From positions 106,086-136,935 of IMG/VR virus record IMGVR_UViG_3300037421_000080: a stretch of DNA of 30,850 nt; one strand, 5' to 3'. The stretch is from a virus. Taxonomy: Duplodnaviria > Heunggongvirae > Uroviricota > Caudoviricetes. Numbering within the stretch: position 1 is the stretch's first letter; every line of letters starts with the position of its first letter. Made by a program: the position numbers and the translations under genes. Below are positions 8,902 through 17,741 of the stretch, one piece after another. Under the pieces are notes generated by a model. That model saw nothing but the letters and a program-made list of their open reading frames with translations, made no database searches and was not told the DNA's origin.

Positions 8902-8931
8902 CGGAGTCTTCTCCTAAAAAGGAAAATGGAT

Positions 8932-9822
8932 CTAGTTTATCGCCGGAATCTTGGCGGTTGCGTGGTAGTTGAGATTGGTCAACTCGCCCTTGCGCCAGGC
9001 GTTCCAGGCGTGGATACACTTCACAAAAATCTCCCGATTGCCTGAGACTGCTTTGGTTCTCTTGGCACGATCTCCTCCAATCAGGCCTGTAGTTGCCAGG
9101 TAGCGAGCCAGCTTGCGATCAGGTGTGCTGGGGCTGTGCCCCGTTTCATCTCGGACCGAGGACCAAAACTCCAAGGCTGCCCCTTTCGCCTTGTTGTAGG
9201 TGGTGTAGATGGCGGCAGCTACGGGCATCCGCACTAGACCCATCTTTTGTTTCATCGAGATGGCTCCCCCTGTCAACAACTCGGAGAGCCATGTGATAAA
9301 TAGGGGATGGTCTAACAGGCACTCGGCTCGTTCTGCTGGCTGGTGGTTGTAGGTATCCTGGCCCCATTTGGCATAGGAGATACCGGCTACCGAAAGGTTG
9401 ACGATACTCGAAGGCACTTCTGCTAGTTCCGGGATGGTCGCCGCAAAGGAGAGGTTGATGTCCCTCGTAGTGCGGCTCATCATCTTGCTGTCGAACGTGG
9501 CATAGAGACGAGCCACATCCTCCAAGCTGTCACACTGGTATTCCTCCAGCGTGACGAAGAACTCAGGCAGCTTATCCAGCTCAGCGAACATGGTGCTGGT
9601 GTGCTTGCCATTTACGCGGTACTTTCCTCCCGTCTCGGTGCAGGCAGCTGAGGCCCATGTTACAGGACGGAAGGCACCAGAATCTAGGAGCTTCTGGTAC
9701 ACGGAGATGCGTCTCGGCGATAGTGGCCGGTCGTGCGGAGCCGGGTCCATCTCCGAGAACTCCTTGGCGAATTGCTTAGTCAGTTTGACGGTCTTGGGCG
9801 AACGAATCAGTTTCCAGGTCAT
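8932..9822 (-). CDS. Divergent ParB-like/DGQHR-like protein
   Basis: DRPLSPRRISVY...RVNGKHTS resembles the NRPL...DGQHRL pattern of phage ParB-like proteins. Confidence 0.55.
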   Translation of the reverse strand: MTWKLIRSPKTVKLTKQFAKEFSEMDPAPHDRPLSPRRISVYQKLLDSGAFRPVTWASAACTETGGKYRVNGKHTSTMFAELDKLPEFFVTLEEYQCDSLEDVARLYATFDSKMMSRTTRDINLSFAATIPELAEVPSSIVNLSVAGISYAKWGQDTYNHQPAERAECLLDHPLFITWLSELLTGGAISMKQKMGLVRMPVAAAIYTTYNKAKGAALEFWSSVRDETGHSPSTPDRKLARYLATTGLIGGDRAKRTKAVSGNREIFVKCIHAWNAWRKGELTNLNYHATAKIPAIN

Positions 9823-9834
9823 GAGAGCCTCCGA

Positions 9835-9864
9835 AAAAGAGAAAAGAAAAGGCCGTCCGTGGCC
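9835..9864 (-). terminator. Possible weak intrinsic terminator after DUF932
   Basis: GGCC-N6-GGCC stem followed on the minus strand by a long U-rich tract. Confidence 0.35.
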
Positions 9865-9879
9865 GAGAGACGCTTCTGC

Positions 9880-11187
9880 TTAGGCATTCGCCAGAGCCTT
9901 GGCACTAGCAAACGCTTCTTGCTTGAGCTGGTCACCAGAGCCGAACCAGACGTTCGATAACCGGGAGTCCGCCGAGCGGTATTCTTTCTGGTGGTCCACG
10001 TATTCCGATACACTGTTGAGGGCTGCCCAGGCCGTGCCCGCCATCCCCGGAATCGTATTCGTCTTGTCTTCGAAGTTCTCCAGTAGCTGGTCGAGGATTT
10101 TGCTGTTACGCTTGGCGATCCGCTCTGTCTCGGCATAGTGACCGGATAGCAATTCCGCCATCACTTCCTTCTCGGTGCCCTTGGCGGTCAGGATCGCGTC
10201 GAGTACCTGGGCTCCGTTCACGCCTTCCAGCTTCGGCTTCACTTCGACTGGGAAGAACTCGGTGAAGTATTCCTTCACCTGGTTGCTGCCCATCTGGACC
10301 TTGGCCAGCGCCTTCGCCTCTTCGGCATATACGTCCATTGCCTCTGCTGCCATGCCCAGCTTCCGGCGAGCTTCCTCGATCTTTCCCTTGAGGCTTCCCT
10401 TGCTGTGGCGGATTTTAAGGAAACCGCTCTTGCTGTCGGATAGCGCTTGCCTCTGGGTATTGGCGCAAACCACCCGCACCCCAGTTGCTCCGATTGTGAT
10501 GGCAAGGGAGCCATCGTGCCCGTTGCAGATCAGAGCATATGGCTTCACTGTATCACCCGGCACCACGTCGAACATGTTGGGGAGGAGGGCCAGGCCCCAT
10601 ACCCGTCGCCCGCCGTCGAGCGCTCCAGCGGTCTCCCACTTCGCTGCCCCGGTCTTGCTGACCTGGTCGAGAAAGCGGAACAGCTCGATGTTTTGGAGGG
10701 GTGTCCAGTTCTTGCCTACCGTGGCGACATAGGCCCCAGTGTCGGAGCGGAAGTTGGCGACCTTGTCGGGGATGTCAACGTCTGGGGTTCCGGAGGCGAA
10801 GGCGACCAGCTTTCGCTGCACGATGTTGTAATTGAGGCCGGAGAGGTTGTAGGCGTCGTCGGTCCCGCAGGCTTCTGCGATGTTTACTCCCAGCTCAGCC
10901 CATGCCGGTTGCCCAGCGACCATGACGTTGACGCGACCGTTGCTGGTATCGTAGCCCGCTCGCTTTATCGCAGCGGCGATCCCTACCTTGGTGATCTTCT
11001 CCCGCTCTGTGGCGGGCAGAGCCATGATGAGGGGAGTAATGCGGTTGCGGTAGGCAATGTCGTCTTCGTTGCCCAGGCGACGTAGCTCGGGGAGGTAGCC
11101 GCAGGAGATCATCTCTCCGGGGTCGCTCATGCCACGCACCCAGTTGATTGCGTTGAGATCGTGCTGCTCGGATACGATAGTTACCAT
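9880..11187 (-). CDS. DUF932 / TIGR03299-type phage-plasmid protein
   Basis: WETAGALDGGRRVW, NGHDGS and VRVVCANT motifs; start MVTIV at 11187 with AAGGAG RBS. Confidence 0.88.
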   Translation of the reverse strand: MVTIVSEQHDLNAINWVRGMSDPGEMISCGYLPELRRLGNEDDIAYRNRITPLIMALPATEREKITKVGIAAAIKRAGYDTSNGRVNVMVAGQPAWAELGVNIAEACGTDDAYNLSGLNYNIVQRKLVAFASGTPDVDIPDKVANFRSDTGAYVATVGKNWTPLQNIELFRFLDQVSKTGAAKWETAGALDGGRRVWGLALLPNMFDVVPGDTVKPYALICNGHDGSLAITIGATGVRVVCANTQRQALSDSKSGFLKIRHSKGSLKGKIEEARRKLGMAAEAMDVYAEEAKALAKVQMGSNQVKEYFTEFFPVEVKPKLEGVNGAQVLDAILTAKGTEKEVMAELLSGHYAETERIAKRNSKILDQLLENFEDKTNTIPGMAGTAWAALNSVSEYVDHQKEYRSADSRLSNVWFGSGDQLKQEAFASAKALANA

Positions 11188-11261
11188 CTTTTGCGTCTCC
11201 TTGAATTGGGGCGAAAACCTTTTTGTCCTCACCAAGTTATTCGCTGGCGGATCGGGATTAT

Positions 11262-11510
11262 TTAGCTCTTGTGCCGCAAAGCGTGCCCGAATCCCAGCAT
11301 TGCGATGGTTCGCATTGTTCGCTTGGCCTCGTTGGCTTTGTCGCTGCTGAGATAGTGGCCGAGAACCTTGCCCTTGAGTTTGCGGGCATCGTCCTCCGAT
11401 TCCGATTCAATCAGGATGAAATGGGAATCGGTGTAGGTGACGAAAAGGTTCTCTACGTTAACGGTTGCTTGGTCCAGCGGAACTCCGCCGGTTGAGAATT
11501 GATCAGGCAT
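11262..11510 (-). CDS. Hypothetical protein, first gene of the leftward arm
   Basis: ORF 11262..11525; likely start MPDQF at 11510 with GGAG RBS. Confidence 0.5.
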   Translation of the reverse strand: MPDQFSTGGVPLDQATVNVENLFVTYTDSHFILIESESEDDARKLKGKVLGHYLSSDKANEAKRTMRTIAMLGFGHALRHKS

Positions 11511-11548
11511 CGGGTTCACTCCCATTTTAGGCGTCTAGGCGTTCCAGT

Positions 11549-11577
11549 ATTCTATTATCTTCTTCGCTAAAAATCAA
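11549..11577 (-). promoter_or_regulatory. Leftward sigma70-type promoter
   Basis: Minus strand TTGATT-N17-TAGAAT in an AT-rich intergenic gap. Confidence 0.65.
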
Positions 11578-11590
11578 TCCATATTTAGCG
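11565..11590. promoter_or_regulatory. Putative operator (inverted repeat)
   Basis: CGCTAAA-N12-TTTAGCG straddling the leftward -35 box. Confidence 0.45.
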
Positions 11591-11673
11591 TCCTCCGCAG
11601 AATTATTCCCCTTTCTCCGGCAGGTACCGCCCTACGTTTTTCCACGTTTGCACGTCGATGGCATGGCGTACCC

Positions 11674-11702
11674 TTTACGACGGGAGGGAATCCGGGTACG
11701 AT
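11674..11702 (+). promoter_or_regulatory. Rightward sigma70-type promoter upstream of terS
   Basis: TTTACG-N17-TACGAT, 35 nt before the terS ATG. Confidence 0.5.
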
Positions 11703-11736
11703 AGCAAGTATTATCGCCTTCCCCGGAGTACCCACC

Positions 11737-12609
11737 ATGCCAAAGAAGAAGCCTGGACCTAAACCAAAGAATATACTCAAAGTAGTAAATCCCAAGGATA
11801 CCCCCCAGGGCGGCAAGGCGATGGGTAACAAGTTTGCCAAGGGGCAGCCTGCCGTTGCCGCTAGGCGAACCATCGAGGCCCACAACGAAGAGGGTCTCAC
11901 CCCTCAGCAGGAACGATTCTGTGAAGAGTACCTCATCGACCTGAACCAGGGCAAGGCAGCCCTCCGCGCTGGCTACTGCCACACCAACTACGGCGTCTCG
12001 CTTATGGACAACCCCCGTGTGAGAGCCAAAATCGACCACCTCAAGATGCTCCGCTCCAAGCGCATGGAGATCTCGGCGGACCGGGTGCTGGCAGAGATGG
12101 CCTGCATTGCCTTCTCGAACAAGGGAGACATCTTCGACTTCTCCGACGGCACGCTCAAGATGAAGCGGCCGAGCGAGATTCCCGAGCACGCGATTCGATC
12201 CATCTCCTCGATGAAAGTGAAGAAGTATCTGGAAGGCAATGGTGACTTCTCCGAGGAGGTGGAGACTATCGAGATCCAGCAGTACGACAAGCCATCCACG
12301 CTGGTAAATCTTTTGAAGCATGTTACGCCGCTGCCCGACAAGGCTCTGAAGGTCGAGGGCAATATCCAACACCAGCACACGGGGCAGGTGGCGACGATCA
12401 TGCACGACCTCTCGCCAGAAACAAGGAAGGTTTGGCTAGAGGCCCAGCAGAAGCTCCTGGCTGGCATGCCGCTGAGCGCCAAGCGGGAGATGCTGGAAAA
12501 GATGCAGAAGCAGCAGGATATACAGGCGGAGGGCCGGATAATAGAAGGAGTTGAGGCAAGAGTAATTTCAGATGAAAGGGAAGAAGATGAAGGCATGGCA
12601 ACTCCTTGA
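11737..12609 (+). CDS. terS: Terminase small subunit
   Basis: LTPQQERFCEEYLIDLNQGKAALRAGY...V..KI...K..R..R.EISADRVLAEMACIAF..YDK pattern. Confidence 0.9.
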   Translation: MPKKKPGPKPKNILKVVNPKDTPQGGKAMGNKFAKGQPAVAARRTIEAHNEEGLTPQQERFCEEYLIDLNQGKAALRAGYCHTNYGVSLMDNPRVRAKIDHLKMLRSKRMEISADRVLAEMACIAFSNKGDIFDFSDGTLKMKRPSEIPEHAIRSISSMKVKKYLEGNGDFSEEVETIEIQQYDKPSTLVNLLKHVTPLPDKALKVEGNIQHQHTGQVATIMHDLSPETRKVWLEAQQKLLAGMPLSAKREMLEKMQKQQDIQAEGRIIEGVEARVISDEREEDEGMATP

Positions 12610-12892
12610 TTCACCGGAGAAGTGGACGCAGGGCGTCTTCGCTCGGGACAAGCATGGATGGGAATGTGATTGGCGAAGCGAGGAGGCTGTCCGCTGGTGC
12701 GTCAAGGGAGCCCTGAACTGCTGCTATCTCAAAGTGGGAGATAGCGCTTCTGAATACTGCCGGATCCTCGACAAGATCTATGGCCATCTCAAAGAAAATG
12801 ATCCCGAGTTCACTAGTCTGACTGATTGGCAGGATTCTCCTCAGCGCAAGTTCGAGGAGATCCGTTCTGTCCTACAAGAGCTGGACGTTTGA
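12587..12892 (+). CDS. Hypothetical protein (DUF6197-like)
   Basis: WTQGVFARD..G...AVRWCVKGAL motif; start at 12587 or 12572. Confidence 0.55.
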   Translation: MKAWQLLDSPEKWTQGVFARDKHGWECDWRSEEAVRWCVKGALNCCYLKVGDSASEYCRILDKIYGHLKENDPEFTSLTDWQDSPQRKFEEIRSVLQELDV

Positions 12893-13006
12893 CACACGAC
12901 CGATGCAGCAGCAGGATGCCTTATTTGGATATCCAGGGGACTGGTGGGCATCTCCGGATTTTAGGCGTGTTCGGGCTGCATCGGCCATTTTATTGAGATT
13001 AGTAAA

Positions 13007-13165
13007 GTGACTGACCGCGAGCGAGCCGAGAAGCTGGTAGAAGATCTCTGGGGCTCGAACCTTGTTCACTATGAGGGTACTCTGGCAGAGATTCTAGAGA
13101 AGCAGTTCGCTGAGGTGCGGAAGGAAGAGCAGAAGCGGATCTTTGGAGATTACCGTGGCGAATGA
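13007..13165 (+). CDS. Small hypothetical protein (52 aa)
   Basis: Read manually: GTG start, MTDRERAEKLVEDLW...; below the ORF-track length cut-off. Confidence 0.48.
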   Translation: MTDRERAEKLVEDLWGSNLVHYEGTLAEILEKQFAEVRKEEQKRIFGDYRGE

Positions 13166-13166
13166 C

Positions 13167-13313
13167 GTGAACGATGAAGAGATGGCCAAGGCATTGATTC
13201 TCGGTCTCCACATTCCCGATTCGGAGGAGCCCCTGGAGCCGATCATGGAGGCGTTCAAGATAATCAGGGCGGACGAGAGGAACAAGATTTGGGACGAAGA
13301 ACATGGCCGTTGA
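13167..13313 (+). CDS. Small hypothetical protein (48 aa)
   Basis: Read manually: MNDEEMAKALILGLH...; overlaps the J-domain gene start. Confidence 0.48.
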   Translation: MNDEEMAKALILGLHIPDSEEPLEPIMEAFKIIRADERNKIWDEEHGR

Positions 13314-13998
13314 TCTCTACAAAACGCTCAACATCCGCCGCAACGCCAGCTCCTCCTCCATCAAGAGGGCCTTCCGCAAGCGCTCGATGGAGACCCATCC
13401 CGATCGTGGGGGTAGTCAAGAAGATTTCCAACAGGTCCAGCTCGCCTACTCCATCCTCTCCGACAGTGAGAAGCGGAAGCGGTATGATGTTACAGGGGAG
13501 ATCGACCCAAGCAAGATAGATAACTCTCTCGCTGAGATCATGCAGTTCGTCTCCACGGCCCTGACAGCTGTGCTGGAAGACTTGGCCTGCAAGGGTAAGA
13601 AGCCCCACCAAGAAGATATCCTGGCGATGATGAGGACGACCTTCAATGAAAGCCTTACCCATCTCCGCAACCAGCGGAAGCCCATTGAGCAGAAGCGGGA
13701 GAACATTTCCCAGCTGCTGGGTCGATTCACAGTGGAGGACGGGGGGGACAACACGCTGGAGGGCGCGATCAAGTTCCACATCTCCGACCTGGACAAGCAT
13801 TTGAAGCAGATCGACGACAACAGCGAGAGGATCAGGAAGGCACTGGAGTACCTGAGGAAGTACAGATTCCGGGCGGATCCAAAAGATCCGATGCCCGCCG
13901 GCTGGGCTCACGGGAATACTGTGAACGTGATGTTCAATGGTGTGGACTTGGGCAAGATGAACTGGAAACTGATTTGGGGATCCAATGGACAAGGCTGA
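13303..13998 (+). CDS. J-domain (DnaJ-like) protein
   Basis: DLYKTLNI...IKRAFRK....HPDRGG..EDFQQVQLAYSILSD..KRKRYD. Confidence 0.88.
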   Translation: MAVDLYKTLNIRRNASSSSIKRAFRKRSMETHPDRGGSQEDFQQVQLAYSILSDSEKRKRYDVTGEIDPSKIDNSLAEIMQFVSTALTAVLEDLACKGKKPHQEDILAMMRTTFNESLTHLRNQRKPIEQKRENISQLLGRFTVEDGGDNTLEGAIKFHISDLDKHLKQIDDNSERIRKALEYLRKYRFRADPKDPMPAGWAHGNTVNVMFNGVDLGKMNWKLIWGSNGQG

Positions 13999-14257
13999 GA
14001 TCAAGTTCATCTCGGATCTAGACCAGATACAGGAGACGACTTTGGAGGCACTCCGGGACCTGTATCGGGATATGCCGGTGGAAGTGGCCCTCCGCACACA
14101 TACCGCCTTCAGTGCGATTCAGCAGATCGTACACGATAGTGAGCACGCGACCGGGGCAGAGAGGGACGTGGCCTCGATGCTGGGCCAGATAGGGATCATT
14201 GGGTATCTCAAGATCTTGGAACTTTTCCGAGAGTGGAATGAACAAAAGGAGAATTGA
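13985..14257 (+). CDS. Hypothetical protein
   Basis: 90-aa ORF coupled to its neighbours. Confidence 0.58.
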   Translation: MDKAEIKFISDLDQIQETTLEALRDLYRDMPVEVALRTHTAFSAIQQIVHDSEHATGAERDVASMLGQIGIIGYLKILELFREWNEQKEN

Positions 14258-14259
14258 AC

Positions 14260-14814
14260 ATGAGTCTTGCTGAACAGTTTGCGAAGCAGTTTCTAGCATT
14301 TTGCAAAACGATTGGTGCGGAGTGCTATCCCAAGCCCAGCATAGTTGATGTAGTCCTCGACTTCGAGAAGCGACTGGCTGCTCTAGAGGCGAGCTTGAAG
14401 ATGCCGGAGATGGTGACGGGGAGCATCGGGAGTTTGCTGAGCAAATGGGATCAGGATCTTTATGGAAATCCGTCTCGGTTCGTTGCGGGGGAGCGACGCC
14501 GTATCGAAAATGGTGACCGAGTGAAGCATAGGCAGAGGAATGCCGAAGGCTATTTTACTGTCCGTGCTGTTGACTATCTTTGCAATGTGGCTCTGTGCGA
14601 AAACCCCGGATCAACGAAGAGATTCACCTTCGTCCTTTCTGAGCTGGAGAAGGTAGAGGAGGAAACCATCGCCGAGATGATAGCAAAACAAGAAATCCGC
14701 TTTGAGGATCTTGGTGTAGAAGCTGCCAATAACCAGGCAGTCGAAATCATACCATGCACCTGCTCTCTGGATGATCTGATGATCCGGGGATGCAAGTGCG
14801 GAGCGATGAAGTGA
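14260..14814 (+). CDS. Hypothetical protein
   Basis: AAGGAG RBS; C-terminal CTC...CKC. Confidence 0.58.
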   Translation: MSLAEQFAKQFLAFCKTIGAECYPKPSIVDVVLDFEKRLAALEASLKMPEMVTGSIGSLLSKWDQDLYGNPSRFVAGERRRIENGDRVKHRQRNAEGYFTVRAVDYLCNVALCENPGSTKRFTFVLSELEKVEEETIAEMIAKQEIRFEDLGVEAANNQAVEIIPCTCSLDDLMIRGCKCGAMK

Positions 14815-15242
14815 CACCCGATCTCGAAAAGGCGATTGCCGAGCGAGGCAGGGCGTCCTCCGAGCTGGAGAGGATCGACCAGGAGATTCACTCCCTGGGC
14901 GGATTGAGGCGGGCGTGGGCCAAGAGACTGGTGGAGAAGACAAGGCTGGTTGAGAGATTGCAGGGAGGCGAAGGCAACGTTCCCCTGGGTAGACTTCTGG
15001 CCGTTGGGTTTTGTGGAGTCTTGCTCATTGTATCTATTGGCGCTTTTGCCCTTCGGGCTAAGTGGATCAATGAGGATAACCCCAAGGAAGAGGCCATCTC
15101 GACGAAGGCGGTCACGATTGTTGCCCCGAAGCCAATCGAGCCAGTGGTTGCTCCATCGACGGTCGCCAAGCCTCAAACTGTTCGCGGGGACAAATCGGGA
15201 GTTTACGAGACGGATTCACTCGGGAACAGGATGCGAAAGTGA
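14811..15242 (+). CDS. Putative membrane protein (coiled coil plus one TM helix)
   Basis: GTGA overlap start; hydrophobic LLAVGFCGVLLIVSIGAFAL. Confidence 0.58.
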   Translation: MTPDLEKAIAERGRASSELERIDQEIHSLGGLRRAWAKRLVEKTRLVERLQGGEGNVPLGRLLAVGFCGVLLIVSIGAFALRAKWINEDNPKEEAISTKAVTIVAPKPIEPVVAPSTVAKPQTVRGDKSGVYETDSLGNRMRK

Positions 15243-15376
15243 AGATCCACCACTGGAATCGCCGCTCTCGCCGGGCTGCTGGTCGTGGTAGCAAGGCCCG
15301 CTATCAATGGCTGTGCGACCAGCATGTGGAGAGGCTTTTCCGTTTCGCCCTGGTCTATCGGAGGTCAATCAAGTGA
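15239..15376 (+). CDS. Small basic hypothetical protein (45 aa)
   Basis: Read manually; GTGA overlaps at both ends. Confidence 0.4.
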   Translation: MKIHHWNRRSRRAAGRGSKARYQWLCDQHVERLFRFALVYRRSIK

Positions 15377-15867
15377 ACAATTTAGAACAATTCCGGGATA
15401 TTTTCGCACGCTTCCAGAACGTGAATTTGCTGGCACTGATAGAGGACATTAGGCGTAGGAACGTAGCTAGAGAGGCTTGGCATGATTCTCACCTTTTCGA
15501 TGAAGTGAAAGGCCAGAATCATGACCTTTGCCCTGTGGCACACGGGTTCCTATGCGGTCAGGATACGGAAGATGTAGAAGACGCTGAAACATTTTCCAAA
15601 TCCACCGCTCTTGCGGCGAAGATCATCGGTGTGGCCGGAGAGGCAGTATTCAACTTCGTGACTGAGTGGGATAAGAACCACAAGGGCTCCGAGGAGTATC
15701 TCCTCTATCTCCTCCAGTCCATCTGGGATGAGCGGCTGGTGGATGCCGTGGCGACTCAGGAAATGATACAGATACCGGAGGAGGAAATGCTCCAGCGGAG
15801 CTTGGAAGACATCCGGGCCGGTCGTCTGATTGACCACGAAGACGTTAAAGCGGAGATGCTGGCATGA
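15373..15867 (+). CDS. Hypothetical protein, paralogue of 27473..27853
   Basis: Shared IFxRFQN, VARExW, LCPxAH, FVxxWD and IWxER motifs; GGAGG RBS before GTG 15373. Confidence 0.7.
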   Translation: MNNLEQFRDIFARFQNVNLLALIEDIRRRNVAREAWHDSHLFDEVKGQNHDLCPVAHGFLCGQDTEDVEDAETFSKSTALAAKIIGVAGEAVFNFVTEWDKNHKGSEEYLLYLLQSIWDERLVDAVATQEMIQIPEEEMLQRSLEDIRAGRLIDHEDVKAEMLA

Positions 15868-16025
15868 TGATGGAGATCATAACCCTAGCCCACGCCCTGG
15901 AGGCCAAGTGCAAGCAGCTAGAGGACGCCGAGCGACGGATTGATCTTGCTGTGGGCTTCCAGAGGGCGCTGGAGGCGGAGCGGGACGCCCTGCTGGAGAG
16001 GGTGAGGGAGCTGGAGGGGAAGTGA
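15864..16025 (+). CDS. Small coiled-coil protein (53 aa)
   Basis: Read manually; ATGA and GTGA overlaps. Confidence 0.52.
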   Translation: MMMEIITLAHALEAKCKQLEDAERRIDLAVGFQRALEAERDALLERVRELEGK

Positions 16026-16252
16026 AGAAAGTCTTCCGCTGCGACGACTGCTACGAGGCGGATCCCCCCATGTTCATGCTGAAGAACGACCTTTGGCTCC
16101 GGCTAACCGGCGGCGATCCCAGGAAGATCCTGTGCTTCGACTGCGCCGAGAAGAGGCTCGGCCGGAAGATTCGGTGGGATGACCTGAGGAACTGCATATT
16201 CAAGAAGGACATGGAGCTGGCCGTCAGAATCTGGAAGCAGAGTGAAGCATGA
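16022..16252 (+). CDS. Small Zn-finger phage protein
   Basis: CDDC...LCFDCAEKRLGR. Confidence 0.62.
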   Translation: MKKVFRCDDCYEADPPMFMLKNDLWLRLTGGDPRKILCFDCAEKRLGRKIRWDDLRNCIFKKDMELAVRIWKQSEA

Positions 16253-16328
16253 ACTCCTTCGGCGGCAACCTGCTCAAGTGGAGAGCCAAGCGGAAAATGA
16301 GCCGCCGGGAGCCCATATCTTTTTGCCA

Positions 16329-16357
16329 TTTACCTATCGCTAGGTAGTCGGTATAAT
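16329..16357 (+). promoter_or_regulatory. Internal sigma70 promoter with palindromic operator; probably gives a leaderless mRNA
   Basis: TTTACC-N17-TATAAT ending 7 nt before ATG 16365; palindrome TACCTA-TCGC-TAGGTA at 16331..16346. Confidence 0.68.
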
Positions 16358-16364
16358 TCTCCTG

Positions 16365-16559
16365 ATGGAAAAAGATCCCAATGCGGTAGCCCTCGGTCGT
16401 AAGGGAGGGAAAGCCCGTGCGACCAATCTTAGCCCGGAACGCCTCCGGGAAATTGCATTGTTAGGGGTCAAAGCAAAAAGGGAGAAGGCTAGATGTTACA
16501 GATCAATTACCAAGAGTACATCAAGAGCGACAGATGGAGAAGAAAGCGAGAAAAAGTAA
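16365..16559 (+). CDS. Small basic RKGG-motif protein
   Basis: KDPNAVALGRKGGKARA..LSPERLREIA pattern. Confidence 0.62.
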   Translation: MEKDPNAVALGRKGGKARATNLSPERLREIALLGVKAKREKARCYRSITKSTSRATDGEESEKK

Positions 16560-17113
16560 TCAAACGGGCTGGAGGAGTTTGCGAGGAATGCAGGAAGGGG
16601 CGGATTCGGCATGTCCATCATTTGACTTACAAGAGGCTAGGAAACGAGTGGCTGTCTGATCTATTGGGGTTGTGTTTTGGCTGCCATCAGGCTAAGCACC
16701 CCAACAGGAGGTTGAGCTTTGGTTGTAGGAGATCAGATATAAGAAAGGTAGAAAATCCGGAGGAGGTATTGGCTAGGGAAGAGAAAGAATTCCCGTTCAA
16801 TTTAGAGAAGATGAAAATCAAAGCGAAGCGAGAGCCTCTTCCCAACAAAGCCGACATTTACACGCCTCGTCTCCAGTTTCTTGTGAAAGTCTGTTCTCTT
16901 CTCCAGAAATGGTCTAAGAGAAAACCATTCTCTCTTCCTCTAAGGTTGGCCTCGAAAATAATTGGTGATTCTCCGGAAGGTTGCAAAGGGGGCTTTTACA
17001 TTCTCCAATCGCACGGTATCCTGGAGTTGGTAGAGCTAGGAAATAACTATGATGGAAAGGCGAGCACTTATTGGTATCGAGGAGAGGTAGAAGATGAGCA
17101 ACTTCCTCATTGA
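16493..17113 (+). CDS. HNH endonuclease with C-terminal winged-helix-like region
   Basis: YQEYIKSDRWRRKR...CEEC...HVHHLTY.RLGNE..SDLLGLCFGCH. Confidence 0.75.
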   Translation: MLQINYQEYIKSDRWRRKREKVIKRAGGVCEECRKGRIRHVHHLTYKRLGNEWLSDLLGLCFGCHQAKHPNRRLSFGCRRSDIRKVENPEEVLAREEKEFPFNLEKMKIKAKREPLPNKADIYTPRLQFLVKVCSLLQKWSKRKPFSLPLRLASKIIGDSPEGCKGGFYILQSHGILELVELGNNYDGKASTYWYRGEVEDEQLPH

Positions 17114-17741
17114 TCCTCACCGGGAAGAAGCAGCGGTCGCTATCGCCCAGCGAGAAGATCTTATCCGGGCGGTTGAGGAGCTCCGCTACAATGAAGGTGC
17201 TCTCCAGGCTGCTGCCTGTGAGATGCTTAACGAACTCTGCCAGCTTCAGAAGGAAAATGAGCACCTTAAGAAATCTCTCTCTGCTGCTCTTTCCCGATCT
17301 CGCTTCTCAGTCCAGGATCCTCCCGAGAAAAAGAGAGGACTAGTGATGAGGTTTGGGAAGCACAAAGGCAAGTTGGTCAAGGACATCCCCGTTGAGTATG
17401 CCCGCTGGCTGCTCAGCGTAAAACGGGACGATATTCTCCGAGATGGTTGCTTTGAGAGGTCCTCCGATATGCACCTTGGACCAGCCCTGATGAAAGTGGT
17501 GCTGGGCAAGGGCATTGCCAGGCTAGATGACGGCATCCGGGAGCTAGTGGTGGAACACAAGAAGAAGTACCGGAGCTTCGACGACCAGAGTTTCCTGGCC
17601 TGGGTTGGATCGAACAAGATGAGGAAGCTCCGGATCCTCTGGCTGGGCATCGCCTTCTACAATAAGCAAAGACATAAAGAAAAAGCGATCAAGAAGCTTG
17701 CCGAGAAGAGTGAATCAGAGCAGCCATGCCAAGTCTCCTAG
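17094..17741 (+). CDS. Hypothetical protein with DUF3820-like motif
   Basis: MRFGKHKGKLVKDIPVEYARWLL. Confidence 0.62.
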   Translation: MSNFLIDPHREEAAVAIAQREDLIRAVEELRYNEGALQAAACEMLNELCQLQKENEHLKKSLSAALSRSRFSVQDPPEKKRGLVMRFGKHKGKLVKDIPVEYARWLLSVKRDDILRDGCFERSSDMHLGPALMKVVLGKGIARLDDGIRELVVEHKKKYRSFDDQSFLAWVGSNKMRKLRILWLGIAFYNKQRHKEKAIKKLAEKSESEQPCQVS

